Shown in pieces: positions 25,104 through 36,950 of a stretch of 64,000 nt of DNA. A model generated the notes under the pieces. That model worked only from the letters and a program-made list of their open reading frames with translations, did no database searches and had not been told where the DNA came from. The first letter of the stretch is position 1; every line of letters begins with the position of its first letter. Position numbers and translations under genes: made by a program. The DNA comes from Eledone cirrhosa (lineage: Eukaryota): contig OZ024742.1 of the NCBI GenBank assembly GCA_964016885.1, positions 130,324,001 to 130,388,000 of the forward strand, written 5' to 3'.

Positions 25104-26069
25104 GTAAGTATATTGAACTTCTTTGGTCTTATTTCATTCGAATATTTTTCTTTCTCTTTTAAAACCACTTAAAAATGTATATAAAACCTGAGTATTAATA
25201 ATATATACTGAATTTTATCCTATTAGCTATTACGATATTTTAATAAGAATAAGGGATTAAAAAAACAACATTTTTACAACCAAATAAAGAATGGAACGAA
25301 CGAGGGGAATCTACGCGGTCGCTTGACATACTAGAAATAGCAGTTATATTTCTAGTATCATAACTTAAAAAGAAAATGAATGATACGTTGGATAATGTTC
25401 TACTGTATCTGAAAAACAAAAAAGATAGGATGGTTATGGGTAAGAATACTATCGAAAGCTAATCTGGGACCAAACCACCATCAAATCAAATAAGCCGTTA
25501 TGTTGTGTGTGTGTTGGCATTTTACCAATTACTATACCAATTTTGCACCTAAACATGCATTGAGCACACTACCATGGTCTTTGGTTTTCTGTCTCCTTCC
25601 CATAAACAATTTATATATAATGGGCTGTGCAAGGTTTTTCATCATTTTTACTTCGCCCTTATATTTTTCACACAATATTAAGATATCAACTTTTTCATAT
25701 ATATATAAAGAAATTTTCGCTCTACATGGCTGAATACAATAAATATAAGCAGAGTTTTTCTGTTCACATGCCAACACAAGAGCAAGAATGAAGGGGTCAT
25801 TCTACTGACATGGCTATAAAATTGAGGCTTGTTTGTATATTGCAAACGAATCGAATGTTATTAATATTCGAAAAACTCCTACCCATGCTATAAACATGAG
25901 GAAAAAGCGTTCAGTGCCAAAATAGGACATTGTATTAATGAGATTACTTTTTGTTGCTACTCCGAATTTCGCGATTTCCACTGATTATATAATATATATA
26001 AACAATACATTCGTTCCGTTTCCTAGTTGTAATATCATTTCGATGAAGACAACCTGAAACTATCAAGTA

Positions 26070-26107
<38 letters not shown>

Positions 26108-26111
<4 letters not shown>

Positions 26112-26402
26112 TTGAATAATCCCTAATATATTTCCACTATCCAGTGAATTTCCAACCAATAAGGTATGATTTTCATGGGTATGTCTCTATTTATAAAACA
26201 AACTTTGTATTTTATCTGATGAAAGCGTAGCAATGTTGTCTTGGTTACCCTTGAAATATATATAAAATATGGTTTTATAAATATAGTTTCCATTTATTTA
26301 ATATCATTGAATATTTACTCCAGTAAATTGTTGAGTGCTCTAAATCAGTTATAAACATTTATGTTTGTCGGACTTCCAACAAATTAAATACCACTTCTAC
26401 TT
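26108..26402 (+). mobile_element. Solo pLTR of the Naiad element
   Basis: Near-identical to ~16813-17112, bounded by (TA)n; hammerhead damaged by a small deletion at stem I. Confidence 0.85.
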
Positions 26403-26454
26403 ATATATATATATAACTTCAAAATATTAATATAGACAGTCATGTGATCAAATA

Positions 26455-26520
26455 TATTTTATTATACATATTTCAGAGGTACTGAGCTATTTCATCAGTA
26501 CGTCCTCATCAGATAAAATA
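26455..26520 (-). ncRNA. Type I hammerhead ribozyme (family A variant)
   Basis: tattttat CTGATGA ..gtactga..tcagtac.. GAAA tatgta TA ataaaata. Confidence 0.82.
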
Positions 26521-26567
26521 AATTGATGTCTGACATACCTCAACTGTGCTGATGTTTTAATTCCAGT

Positions 26568-26605
<38 letters not shown>

Positions 26606-27013
26606 CCCGCTTCACTTCTAACCAATGAGGAATTAGTTCACTAGATACAAATTTTAAAGAATGTAGTTGTAGTTGTTGTTTAGCACGAGGTCAAACGAAA
26701 TCAGAGCAGACCAATTACCATTTATAAGGCGTTTCAGCCATGAGTAGGCATTCATTTATTCGGATTGTGTATGTAGTACTACAGTTACATCCTATTATCT
26801 CCTGTGAACAAGATGGTTGGGAGTAATGATTTGGAGATTTTAGCTGGTGTTTCTAGCAGATCTCTCGGCCATATAGCGACTTGTAATAAATAGTATTATA
26901 AACAGCAGCAGGCACGAACGTTGTCCATTCACAGATGTTGAGTATTTTCATATGTTGTCACTCCAATTAGGAATTAGTTCACTAAATACAAATTCTCAAG
27001 AGTAGTAGTAATA

Positions 27014-27499
27014 CCGTGATTCCCCTATTATAAGACAGATCTTGTATTATTTTTCCTTAAAAAAAAAAGCCCAAGGCTTATTTTCGGGGTAGGGCTTATA
27101 TTTTTACATAAAAGTTTTCATAAACATATCATCATTATACTGATGTCAAAAATAAAGAAAAGATGTATTTATTCAAATACTGTCGTGACATCTTGGATGT
27201 CAACGTGACTCTCTAGATTCAAACACTGAATATCAAGTTTGTTCTTGTGATCGTAATTCTGTATAACTAAAGGTTCAAAACAGCCGTATCTTTATTTATT
27301 AAAATAGTTAAAAACAAAATCATTAAAGGAATATATTATATCGGTAATCAGCGAGATTCTGGAAATCTGCGGTTAATATTATAGTTTGTGTTAATTTTTC
27401 TCGCAAAAATACGATAATGGCTTATTTTCGAGATATGGCAACATAAAATTCATGCTAGGGCTTATTTTTGGAGTAGGTCTTATAATAGGGGAAACACGG
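27014..27499. mobile_element. pogo/Tigger-like MITE
   Basis: TA-CCGTGATTCCCCTATTATAAGAC / GTCTTATAATAGGGGAAACACGG-TA; one end also at ~1425-1455. Confidence 0.85.
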
Positions 27500-27779
27500 T
27501 AGTAGTAAGAGCAGCAGCTACAAAAGTTATTAACTCTAGTCGAGTGTTCACGTATGTTACTCACACGGCAGTTCTTCCTTTTACAGTTGCATCTTTACCC
27601 ATTTTATTTACCCATTGTATTTGTCTTCGTTGCCCCGAAAGTAATGGGTTTACATTTTTACTTAGAATAAAAGAAAATGTTATTGTTCTTTCTAAGTCGG
27701 TAGCACATAAATCAGATATACGCAAACATTCGTATGTGTTTATATACTTAAGGACTTATGTGTTTATATATATATATTT

Positions 27780-28147
27780 ATATTTAGCCATAATAAAATG
27801 AATATACACTCTCCAGCATGAACCTAATACTAACACTTTGTACTGCACTCTTCGTTACTGTTTTCTATTTTAACATATATATATTCATTTTATTATGGCT
27901 AAATAGTGAGTCTTGTTACTCTGGAGTTTAGCCTTAATAAAATGAATATTAAAACGTTATTTCGGTATTGAGTACCCTTTTTCTCTTAACCGTCAACCAC
28001 ATACGTGCCTACACGCACACACACGTACGTACGTGGTTGACGGGTAAGAGAAAAAGAGTACTCAATGCCGAAGTAGTTTTAATATCCATTTTATTAAGGC
28101 TAAACTCCAGAGTAGCAAGACTCACTACTTAGCCATAATTAAATGAA
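27780..28147. repeat. Nested fold-back element
   Basis: Arms ~27883-28000 and ~28032-28147; additional short inversion 27780-27806. Confidence 0.8.
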
Positions 28148-28243
28148 AACACATGCACGTGTATATATCACCATCACCGTTTTACGTCCATTCTTCCACG
28201 CAAGCATGGGTTAGACGGGTTGTATATATGAGGATGATATGAT

Positions 28244-28485
28244 AATTGTTTCTACTTTAGGCACAAGGCCAGCAATTACCCAGTGCATTACTGTGATAAT
28301 TGTTTCTACTTTAGGCACAAGGCCAGCAATACCCAGTGCATTACTGGTACTTTATTTTATCGACCCCGTAAGGTTGAAAGGCAAAGTCAACATCGGCGGG
28401 ATTTGAACTCAGATCGTAAAGGGACGTAACTATGCTTGGAAAGCATGGCGTCCGACCCTCTACCGATACTGCCAATCCACCGCCC
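28244..28485 (-). mobile_element. Major tRNA-SINE with duplicated 3' end
   Basis: GATAATTGTTTCTACTTTAGGCACAAGGCCAGCAAT repeated in tandem. Confidence 0.8.
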
Positions 28486-28632
28486 TTTACTATGATAATG
28501 ACATACATACGTATACATTCATTTAAAAACAGAAGGCTGGACTGGAAGCGTTCAAAGTTTTAATTTTGCGAAAGCACTATATGTATTTCAAGGACCTAAT
28601 GAGAAAGCCTGGGTATTTGCCGGACAATAAAA

Positions 28633-28665
<33 letters not shown>

Positions 28666-28959
28666 ACACACAGTTGGTGGCAATGATCGAAAGTGGGAGC
28701 TCCTTTACTTACCCTGGCAACAACGTGAACTGCTCTGCATTCTTGGACGGTGAGATTGTCAATCGCATTTCCAAAGCAACTGATCATCATCATCATCTAT
28801 TGGGTGTTGGAGGTATATCCCTGAAAAAGAAAGTTGCAGTTTATGGTGCACTGGTCTTGACAACACCTTTATACAGCTAGAAATCCAAATGCAGATGGGC
28901 TGGTCATGTCCTACTAATGACTGTGCACCCAAGGTACTGTGATACAGTCAACTTCATAA

Positions 28960-29150
28960 TTATTTCTACTTTTGGCACAAGGCCAGCAATTACCCCAGTG
29001 CATTACTGGTACTTCATTTTATCGACCCCGTAAGGATGAAAGGCAAAGTTAACCTTGGCGGGATTTGAACTCAGACCGTAAAGGGCCGTAACTCTATGCT
29101 GCAAAACATGGCGTCCGACCCTCAACTGATACTGCCAGTTCACCGCCCTT
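28960..29150 (-). mobile_element. Major tRNA-SINE copy
   Basis: Full consensus; flanking CTTCATAAT direct repeat. Confidence 0.85.
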
Positions 29151-29219
29151 CATAATGTTGCATGTAATGTAGGCAGACCATTACTCGGATATAAATATTA
29201 ACTAGAACCAATATATATA

Positions 29220-30392
29220 TCATCATCATCATCATCAACGTTTAACGTCCGTGTTCCACGCTTGCATGGGTTTGGACGGGGGTAGTCCCACTTGAGGCAA
29301 GAGTGATTGTCTTGCTCGCATAGGACTGTCTGGCGGGTTTTCTACGGCTGGATGCCCTTCCTAACACCAACCACATTTACAGTGTGGGGCTGGGAGGTTT
29401 TTACCGTGTTGCCTACACGGCCACATTACAGCGTGGACTGTGTTTTTTTTGTCGCGACACCTACACGATCTCATTTGTTTCGGCCTGGATGGCGCGGCAC
29501 CAACATAACTTTACATAGAACGGGGTGGTGTTGATGGGGTGGGGGTGGTGGTGGGACGGGATGTATTTTGTTAGAGATGCCTACTGGCTGGAGTAGGTTT
29601 TACTATATATTTAGGTAAGGCGGGTCTTCTCTGTTACTGAGTACCGCCAAAGGTCTCGGTCCAGTGACATTGTCTTGGAGAGGTGTAAGTATGTGATGTC
29701 GGAGTTTATCAGCTCGTCCCAGGTTTTTCTAGGTCTGCCTATTCCGTGACTACCGTCTATCTTTATTGCCCTGCACTTTGTTATACAGCTATCAACTTTC
29801 ATGCGCATCACGTGTCCATACCAACGTAGCCTTCTCTCGAGTAAACAACATCTGATCCCTCTTATCTCTAATTTTTTCCTTAGTTCGTTTATGCTTTGCC
29901 GTTCACGTATATTACTGTTACACATCCAGCGGAGCATGCAAGCTTCGTTCCTCTCTAGTCTGCGTATATCCTCTGCACACAATGCCCAGGTCTCACTGCC
30001 ATGCAGCATTGCTGTTCGTATGCAGGCATCGTACAACCTGCCTTTCATTTTTAGGGAGAACCCTTTAGCAGCTAATAGTGGTATAAGCTCTCTGAACTTT
30101 TTCCAACCAGTTCTGACTCTAGCTACTGTACTTTCAGAGCACCCTCCCCCACTGCTGATTTTATCGCCCAGGTAACGGAAGCTGTCCACTATTTCTATAG
30201 AACCCTCTGCGCAATTGAAAGAGCTAGTATTTTGTGGGCACTTGCTGCTACTTATTGCACCAGAACACCGGCCACATGTAAAATCTATGTTCTTAGTTAG
30301 CTTCCCTGTGATCCCACTACATCTTTTATGCACCCATACTTTGCATTTAGGACATAAAATGGAGTTTCTACCTACGCCTTTCCTACACACCG
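29220..30392 (-). mobile_element. RTE-clade LINE 3' fragment with (GAT)n tail
   Basis: CPKCKVWVHKRC, FRYLGD, AMLHGSETW, RRLRWYGHV, GRPRKTW. Confidence 0.9.
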
Positions 30393-30499
30393 ATAATATA
30401 TATATATATATATAGAAACAGGATGTTGTTTGTAAATAAAAACCATTAATCTGGATACCTAAATATGGAATGTTACGCGACCCCCCCCCCCCCCACGCA

Positions 30500-30700
30500 C
30501 ACAAACACAGCCCCGGCAGACAGGGTGGCGAAGGCGTTCTCACGGAGGATGGCAAGGGAGACGCACTGGAAAAGCCACTCCAAATCGCGGGGTTCACACC
30601 TGTGGCTGGCCAGCTCAGTGCCTATGGTGGTGAGTAGGGAGGTAGCCCTAGGGCTGAGGACACCAGAAGTCTCCACTTGGCCTCCTCAGCCCGACGTGCA
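30500..30700 (-). mobile_element. CRE-like RLE fragment
   Basis: VETSGVLSPR..LEWLFQCVSLAILRENAF. Confidence 0.75.
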
Positions 30701-30825
30701 GCAGAACCTGGGTTAGTTGCAGCGAACTAACTGAAGTACAATCTTAAATCTGTGAACAAACCTTTTACTTCTTTTGAAGCCCTAGCTGCTGACCATGGAA
30801 AATGGAGAAATGCCTGCTATGAAGG

Positions 30826-31225
30826 TATAAATAATTGTTTCTACTTTTGGCACAAGGCCAGCAATTACCCAGTGCATTACTGGTACTTTATTTTATCGAC
30901 CCCGTAAGGATGAAAGGCAAAGTTAACCTTGGCTGTATAAATAATTGTTTCTACTTTTGGCACAACGCCAGCAATTACCCAGTGCATTACTGGTACTTTA
31001 TTTTATCGACCCCGTAAGGATGAAAGGCAAAGTTAACCTTGGCTGTATAAATAATTGTTTCTACTTTTGGCACAACGCCAGCTATACCACAGTGCATTAC
31101 TGGTACTTTATTTTATCGACCCCGTAAGGATGAAAGGCAAAGTCAACCTCGGCGGGATTTGAACTCGCATCGTAAAGGGCCGTAACTATGCTGGAAAGCA
31201 TGGCGTCTGACCCTCTACTGATACT
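30826..31225 (-). repeat. Tandem triplication (110-bp period) of a SINE 3' half plus flank
   Basis: GTATAAATAATTGTTTCTACTTTTGGCACAA recurs at 110-bp spacing. Confidence 0.85.
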
Positions 31226-31364
31226 CTCGACAAATCTTGCCTGGTTCATCAACAACAAGATCTGGTCAATTTCTGTCATCTGCACTAAATGTGGCTTGAT
31301 GTGAATATCAACAGCTGGACTAAAGTATCATTTATGGCATTACCATAAAAAATGAACTGAGAAG

Positions 31365-32230
31365 ACTGTTGCACCCTCCTCTGCTGCTAATAAGGTCTCC
31401 TAGATAGAAGCTATTAACCACTTCTATGGATCCTTCATGTGATTGGAAAGATTTATATCACTGACGCTCTTCCTGTTGATTACCGCTGTTCATCTTCTAC
31501 ATACAAAGTCCTCCCTCCCTGTTAGTCTACTAGTTATCCAACTACATCTCTTGTGTACCCAAGATTTACAATGTATACATTGTATAGAGTTTATGTCTAC
31601 TCCTTTTCTACATATGGAGCAGGGCCACTTCCCTGAAGGAATCTGGGTCCTATCTTCTTTCTTACTCACTAGCACTTCAGTTTTGGCTAAGTTTACTCAG
31701 CCCTTTTGATTCCAAATTGTTTCTATAGTCGGATCTTATTCTCTATTTCTTTTCTATAAGAACTATGATAAACAGCAATGAACCAAGAACTGAACCCTGA
31801 TTAACCTCTACCTGTACCTTGAACTCCTCGCTAAACTCATTTCCTGCTCTAACTTTATTAACTCTTCAGTATGTGGCTTGCACTGTTTTCACATGCCATT
31901 CTTCTACAATTAATTTTCATAAGGATCACCAGATAACAGAGCGAGGTACTCTCTGAAAGGCTTTTTCTATATCAACAAATGCTAAATACAATGGTTTATT
32001 CTTGACTAGGAATTTTTCTTGTAGTTACCTCATTCCCTCTCAACTTCTTGAGCCATAACTATAGTCAGCGTGAACTTCAGTGAATCCATCCTGGTACTGT
32101 CCAACATGTCTATTGAAGTCGTCTGCTAAGATGAGGTCTCTTTCACCTGTAACTATTGTCTGTAAAAGTTCCTCGTGGAAATGGTCCTTTTGTTCTTTAC
32201 TCAATCCTGCCTGTGGTTTAATTGTCATTA
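31365..32230 (-). mobile_element. Degenerate RTE LINE (APE and RT pieces)
   Basis: QIPSGKWPCSICRKGV..WVHKRC and DFNRHVG motifs. Confidence 0.75.
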
Positions 32231-33228
32231 TTCTGTTGCCTAGAGCTACTCTTCTATTCCTGAGAGGGTCATGGGGGAAGAGTCCTCAGACACTCTTTCC
32301 AGTGGATCTTGTTAGAAGCAACTGTCTCCAACTGTTCTGGCTGGATCCCCAAAAGCTACCAACCAACTTCATGGATGTTAATCAACCATCTTGCTCAGGG
32401 TCTACCTCTGAGTCTTCTGCTGGTTGGTTTTTGCTCATAAAATCTATGTAGCGATTCTTTCCTGATACATTCTAACCACATGCTGGTTGGCATGAATACC
32501 GATAGCGAGTTGGGCTTTTACACCTACCTCCCTTCTGATTACCCAGCACAGTCTATAAAGTGGACATGTAGGTGTCACAACAAAAAGCACCCAGCCCAAC
32601 TGTAAATGTGGTTGGCATTTGGAAGGGCATCCAGCCATAGACACCGAGCCAGAAACAGTCTTACATGAGAAAGACACAGTCACCAGACCCAACTTGCTTC
32701 TCGTGGGACAACCCGTCTAACCCATGCTAGCATGAAAAATGGATGTTAAATGATGATGATATGTATATACGTGTATGTAACTATATATTTAACAGAGGTT
32801 TAACTTCATTATTCTTAGTATATTGATCTTGTTCTTCACAGGGATATGTAATGTGATGGGGGGGGGGGGGTATTTTTGTTGTGTGTATCTATGTATGTAT
32901 CTCATATATCTGATACAGATCCTGTTATATATATATATCATCATCATCGTTTAATGTCTATCTTCCACGCTAGCATGGGTTAGACAGGAGTTGTCCCAAT
33001 TTGAGGCAAGATTGGTCAGGTGACCGTGTCTCACTTGTATAGGACTATCATATATATATATATATATTATATATATATATATATATATACCCATATGTTT
33101 GGGTTTGTAAATAAGAGGGACAAGTGTTCAACTCAATATCAAAGTAGAGAATATATCATTAATATTTGACTGAGATTACTCTTTATTGCTACTCTGAAAT
33201 ATGCATTTATATATATATATAAATATAT

Positions 33229-34110
33229 ATGTAAGTATGTATGTATACGTACATACAAATATGTATACAGACGTACAGTAGCATGCATATATATATAAAT
33301 ATATATATATATACACATATATACACATATGCATACAGGTACACATACATATATGCACGCATCAGTTTAGCCGGTGTTTATTATAACGCCGGCCGCTTTG
33401 TTCGTTTGTTTGTCAACAAAGCGAACAGCCTGAATTTATGCCATACGGTGTTAAGGCAACCACGTCACCTTTTTGTTCAACACTGACACAGGAACGATGT
33501 ACTAGTTTCAAGCTTGTTAGCTATCATCAGCACCGTTTACCCATCTGCCAGATAGTTGAACGTTCGAAAGTATATACTTTCCTTATGAAAATTAACGGCT
33601 TTTCATTTTTTTCAACTTATCGTTTTCGGTATGCCTGACCGATTTAACTCACTCAATATGCAAATTAGGCTGCTCAGCCGTTAATTTTCATAAGGAAAGT
33701 ATATACTTTCGAACGTTCAACTATCTGGCAGATGGGTAAACGGTGCTGATGATAGCTAACAAGCTTGAAACTAGTACATCGTTCCTGTGTCAGTGTTGAA
33801 CAAAAAGGTGACGTGGTTGCCTTAACACCGTATGGCATAAATTCAGGCTGTTCGCTTTGTTGACAAACAAACGAACAAAGCGGCCGGCGTTATAATAAAC
33901 ACCGGCTAAACTGATGCGTGCATATATGTATGTGTACCTGTATGCATATGTGTATATATGTGTATATATATATATATTTATATATATATGCATGCTACTG
34001 TACGTCTGTATACATATTTGTATGTACGTATACATACATACTTACATTTAAGTAAGTGCCATACTAAGAGTGAGAAATGAAATTTCGTTTTCATTTTTTT
34101 CAACTTATAA
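33229..34110. mobile_element. Fold-back element, family D: 372-bp arms (33229-33600, 33676-34047), 75-bp spacer and 3' tail
   Basis: Arms are reverse complements without indels; bounded by (TA)n. Confidence 0.92.
33739..33783 (+). ncRNA. Type I hammerhead (family D); mirror copy at 33493-33537 on minus
   Basis: aacggtg CTGATGA t agct aaca agct t GAAA ctag TA catcgtt. Confidence 0.87.
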
Positions 34111-34265
34111 ATATATATATATATCAGAAATAGCTGTCGAAACGGTTTGAGCTCTGCCGTTGGGGTTCTGACTCTTTTCCTATTACCCACTCTACTACCC
34201 AAAGTATCGAGTACTCTGGTGCGTTATGGTCCACCTGGTTCCTTACCACACTTCCTTTGTTATAT

Positions 34266-34312
34266 ATTCCTGATGATTTCTAAAGAATGAAACAGTTCTA
34301 GTCCTGTAGAAT
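34266..34312 (+). ncRNA. Type I hammerhead (family C) with closed stem III
   Basis: attc CTGATGA t ttc taaa gaa t GAAA cag ttctagtc ctg TA gaat. Confidence 0.8.
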
Positions 34313-34919
34313 CTCATCTATATTAAAACTTTTATACTCTGCAATGTATTGAGTACCTTACTTACTGTGGTTACCTCCGATTCAACCCGGAATAACGTGT
34401 GTATATATATATATATATATCGTCATCACCGTTTTACGTCCATTCTTCCATGCTAGCATGGGTTAGACGGGTTGTCTTGCTATGGGCAATGCCAGATCGG
34501 GTGACCATGTCTTGCTCATACAGATTTTGGCTTGATTTCTACAGTTGGATGTCCTTCCTAACACCAACCTCATTTACAGTGAATACTGGGTGCTTTTTTA
34601 GCATGGCACCTACACGACCACTTTAGTGTGGGCTGGGTGCTTTTTTGTTGTGACACTTTGCAGTGGGAGGGTGTAGGGACATATTGTCTATATGCTTCAG
34701 CTTCTGCTTGTACCCATGGGAAGTTGTGGTGGTGGTGGTCTTGGCAAGTGGCTTGCAATACAAGTTTTAACTGCCACTTATCAGATATATAATTTAATAT
34801 CAGTAAGTGGTAGTTACTTAGAATAAACATTAACTGCCACTTGTAAAATAGAATTATCTCACACTTCTATACTGACTGAAGTTTGTATCAGATAGTTTTT
34901 AACCTCTATTATATATATA

Positions 34920-36610
34920 TACGACAACTACAGAAGTACCTAGCTAAAAGTAGACCCCTATACTTAGCTTTTGTTGACTTGGAGAAAGTCTTTCACAGTA
35001 CCCTGCTCCATTATCTGGTGGGCTCTAAGAAAACTAGGTGTTTATGGATGGCTTGTGAGAGCTATACAAGCTATGTATAAAGAAACAGTCAGTAAGGCTA
35101 GAATTAACAACAAATATAGTGAAGAATTTAGCGTAAAAGTTGGTGTTCATCAAGGCTGTGTTCTTAGCCCCCTCCTATTTATTATTGCCCTTCAGGCTAT
35201 AACAGGAGTTCAAGACCGGCTGCCCATGGGAACTTCTATACGCAGATGATCGAACTCTCATAGCTGAATCGATGGCTGAACTAGAGAAGAAATTCCAAAC
35301 ATGGAAGCATGGCCTAGAATCAAAAGGCCTTAAAGTTAAATTGTCTAAGACTAAAGTTCTAGTATGTAGAAAGGAAAATAGGGTACAGATACCCTCTGGG
35401 AAATGGTATGCTCTGTGTAGGAAAGGAGTAGGCAGAAATTCCATATGTCCCAAATGCAAACTATGATTACATAAAAGATGTAGTGGAATCATGGGTAAGC
35501 TATCTAAGAACGTAGATTTTATTTGTGGCAGATGCTCAGGTGCAGTAAGTAGCACGTGCCCACTGGATATTAGCTCCTTCTATTGCCCAGATGGTTCTAT
35601 AGAAATAGTGGACACTTTCCATTACCTGGGTGACAAAATCAGCAGTGGTGGAGGGTGCTCAGAAAGTACAGTAGCCAGAGTCAGAACGGGATGGAAAAAG
35701 TTCAGAGACCTTATACCACCGTTGGCCACTAAAGGTGTCTCTCTAAAAATGAAAGGCAGATTGTATGATGCCTGTACACGAACAGCAATGTTACATGGCA
35801 GCGAGACATGGGGTTTGTGTGCAGAGGATCTGTGCAGACTGGAGAGGAACAAAGCATCCATGCTCCGTTGGATGTGAAATAGTAATATACGCGAACGGCA
35901 AAGCATAAATGACCTGAGTTAGAAATTAGGACTAAGAGGGATCAGATGCTGTTTACTCGAGAGAAGACTATGTTGGTACGGTCACGTGATGCGTATGAAA
36001 GACGACAGTTGTATAAAAAAAAGTGCAGGCCGATCAAAATTGATGGCAGTTACGGAGTAGGTAGACCCAGAAAAACCTGGGACGATTTGATAAATTCCGA
36101 CCTTACACACTTACACCCCGCTAAGACAATGTCACTGGACTGAGATCTTTGGTGCCACGCAGTAATACAGAAGACCCGCCTTGCCTATGTACAAAGCGAA
36201 ACTTACAGTCAGTAGGCACCTCTTAACCAAATATACACCCCAACCTACTGCCCCTACTCCATCCTCGCACTCCCGCCAACACCAACCCTTTCTCTATAAA
36301 GTTATGTTGGTACCACAACATCCAGTCCAAACTAATGAGGTCGTGTAGGTGTCACAACAAAAAAACAGTCCATGCTGTAATGTGGCCGTGTAAGTAACAC
36401 GGCAAAAACCTCCCAGTCCACACTGTAAACATGCTTGGTGTTAGGAAGGGCATCCAGCCATAGAAAACCTGCCAGACAGTCCTATACGAGCGAGACATGG
36501 TCATCCGACCAACCTTGCCTCAAGTAGGACAATTCCCATCTAAACACATGCTAGCGTGGAAGACGGACGTTAAATGATGTTGATGATGATATACAACGTT
36601 AAACGATGAT
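34920..36610 (+). mobile_element. RTE LINE 3' part, frameshifted, with 3' UTR and (GAT)n tail
   Basis: LAFVDLEK, GVHQG, LLYADD, HYLGD, HGSETW. Confidence 0.9.
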
Positions 36611-36639
36611 GATGAATGTGTTTGTGTGTATATGTGAAA

Positions 36640-36950
36640 GGTATATCATCATAAAAGTATGAGTACTGATGTTTTATTTAAATATATATTAGATGTACAT
36701 TAAATTACAAGTTATCTTCAAAATACAACTCTAGGGAAGTCGCACAGTTGTTCCAAGGTTTTTCCCATTGATCATAGCAGTACCAGAAGTCATTTTCTGT
36801 GTCCTTAGCTCATCAGTTACAATTTTTTGTATGTTTTCCATAGTCCCAAAATGATGACCCTTCAATGTAGATTTCAATTTAGGGAAGAGGTAGAAATCAG
36901 CTGTTAGATCTGGGCTGTAGGGAGGATGTGGGAATGTAATGTTTAGGAAG
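36640..36950 (-). mobile_element. Mariner transposase 3' fragment
   Basis: PHPPYSPDL..DFYLFPKLKSTLKGHHF. Confidence 0.8.

Noticed and set aside
25104-25172. C-terminal 22 aa of the 204-aa ORF
   Set aside because: Read-through into the intron; homology resumes at exon 2 (42051)
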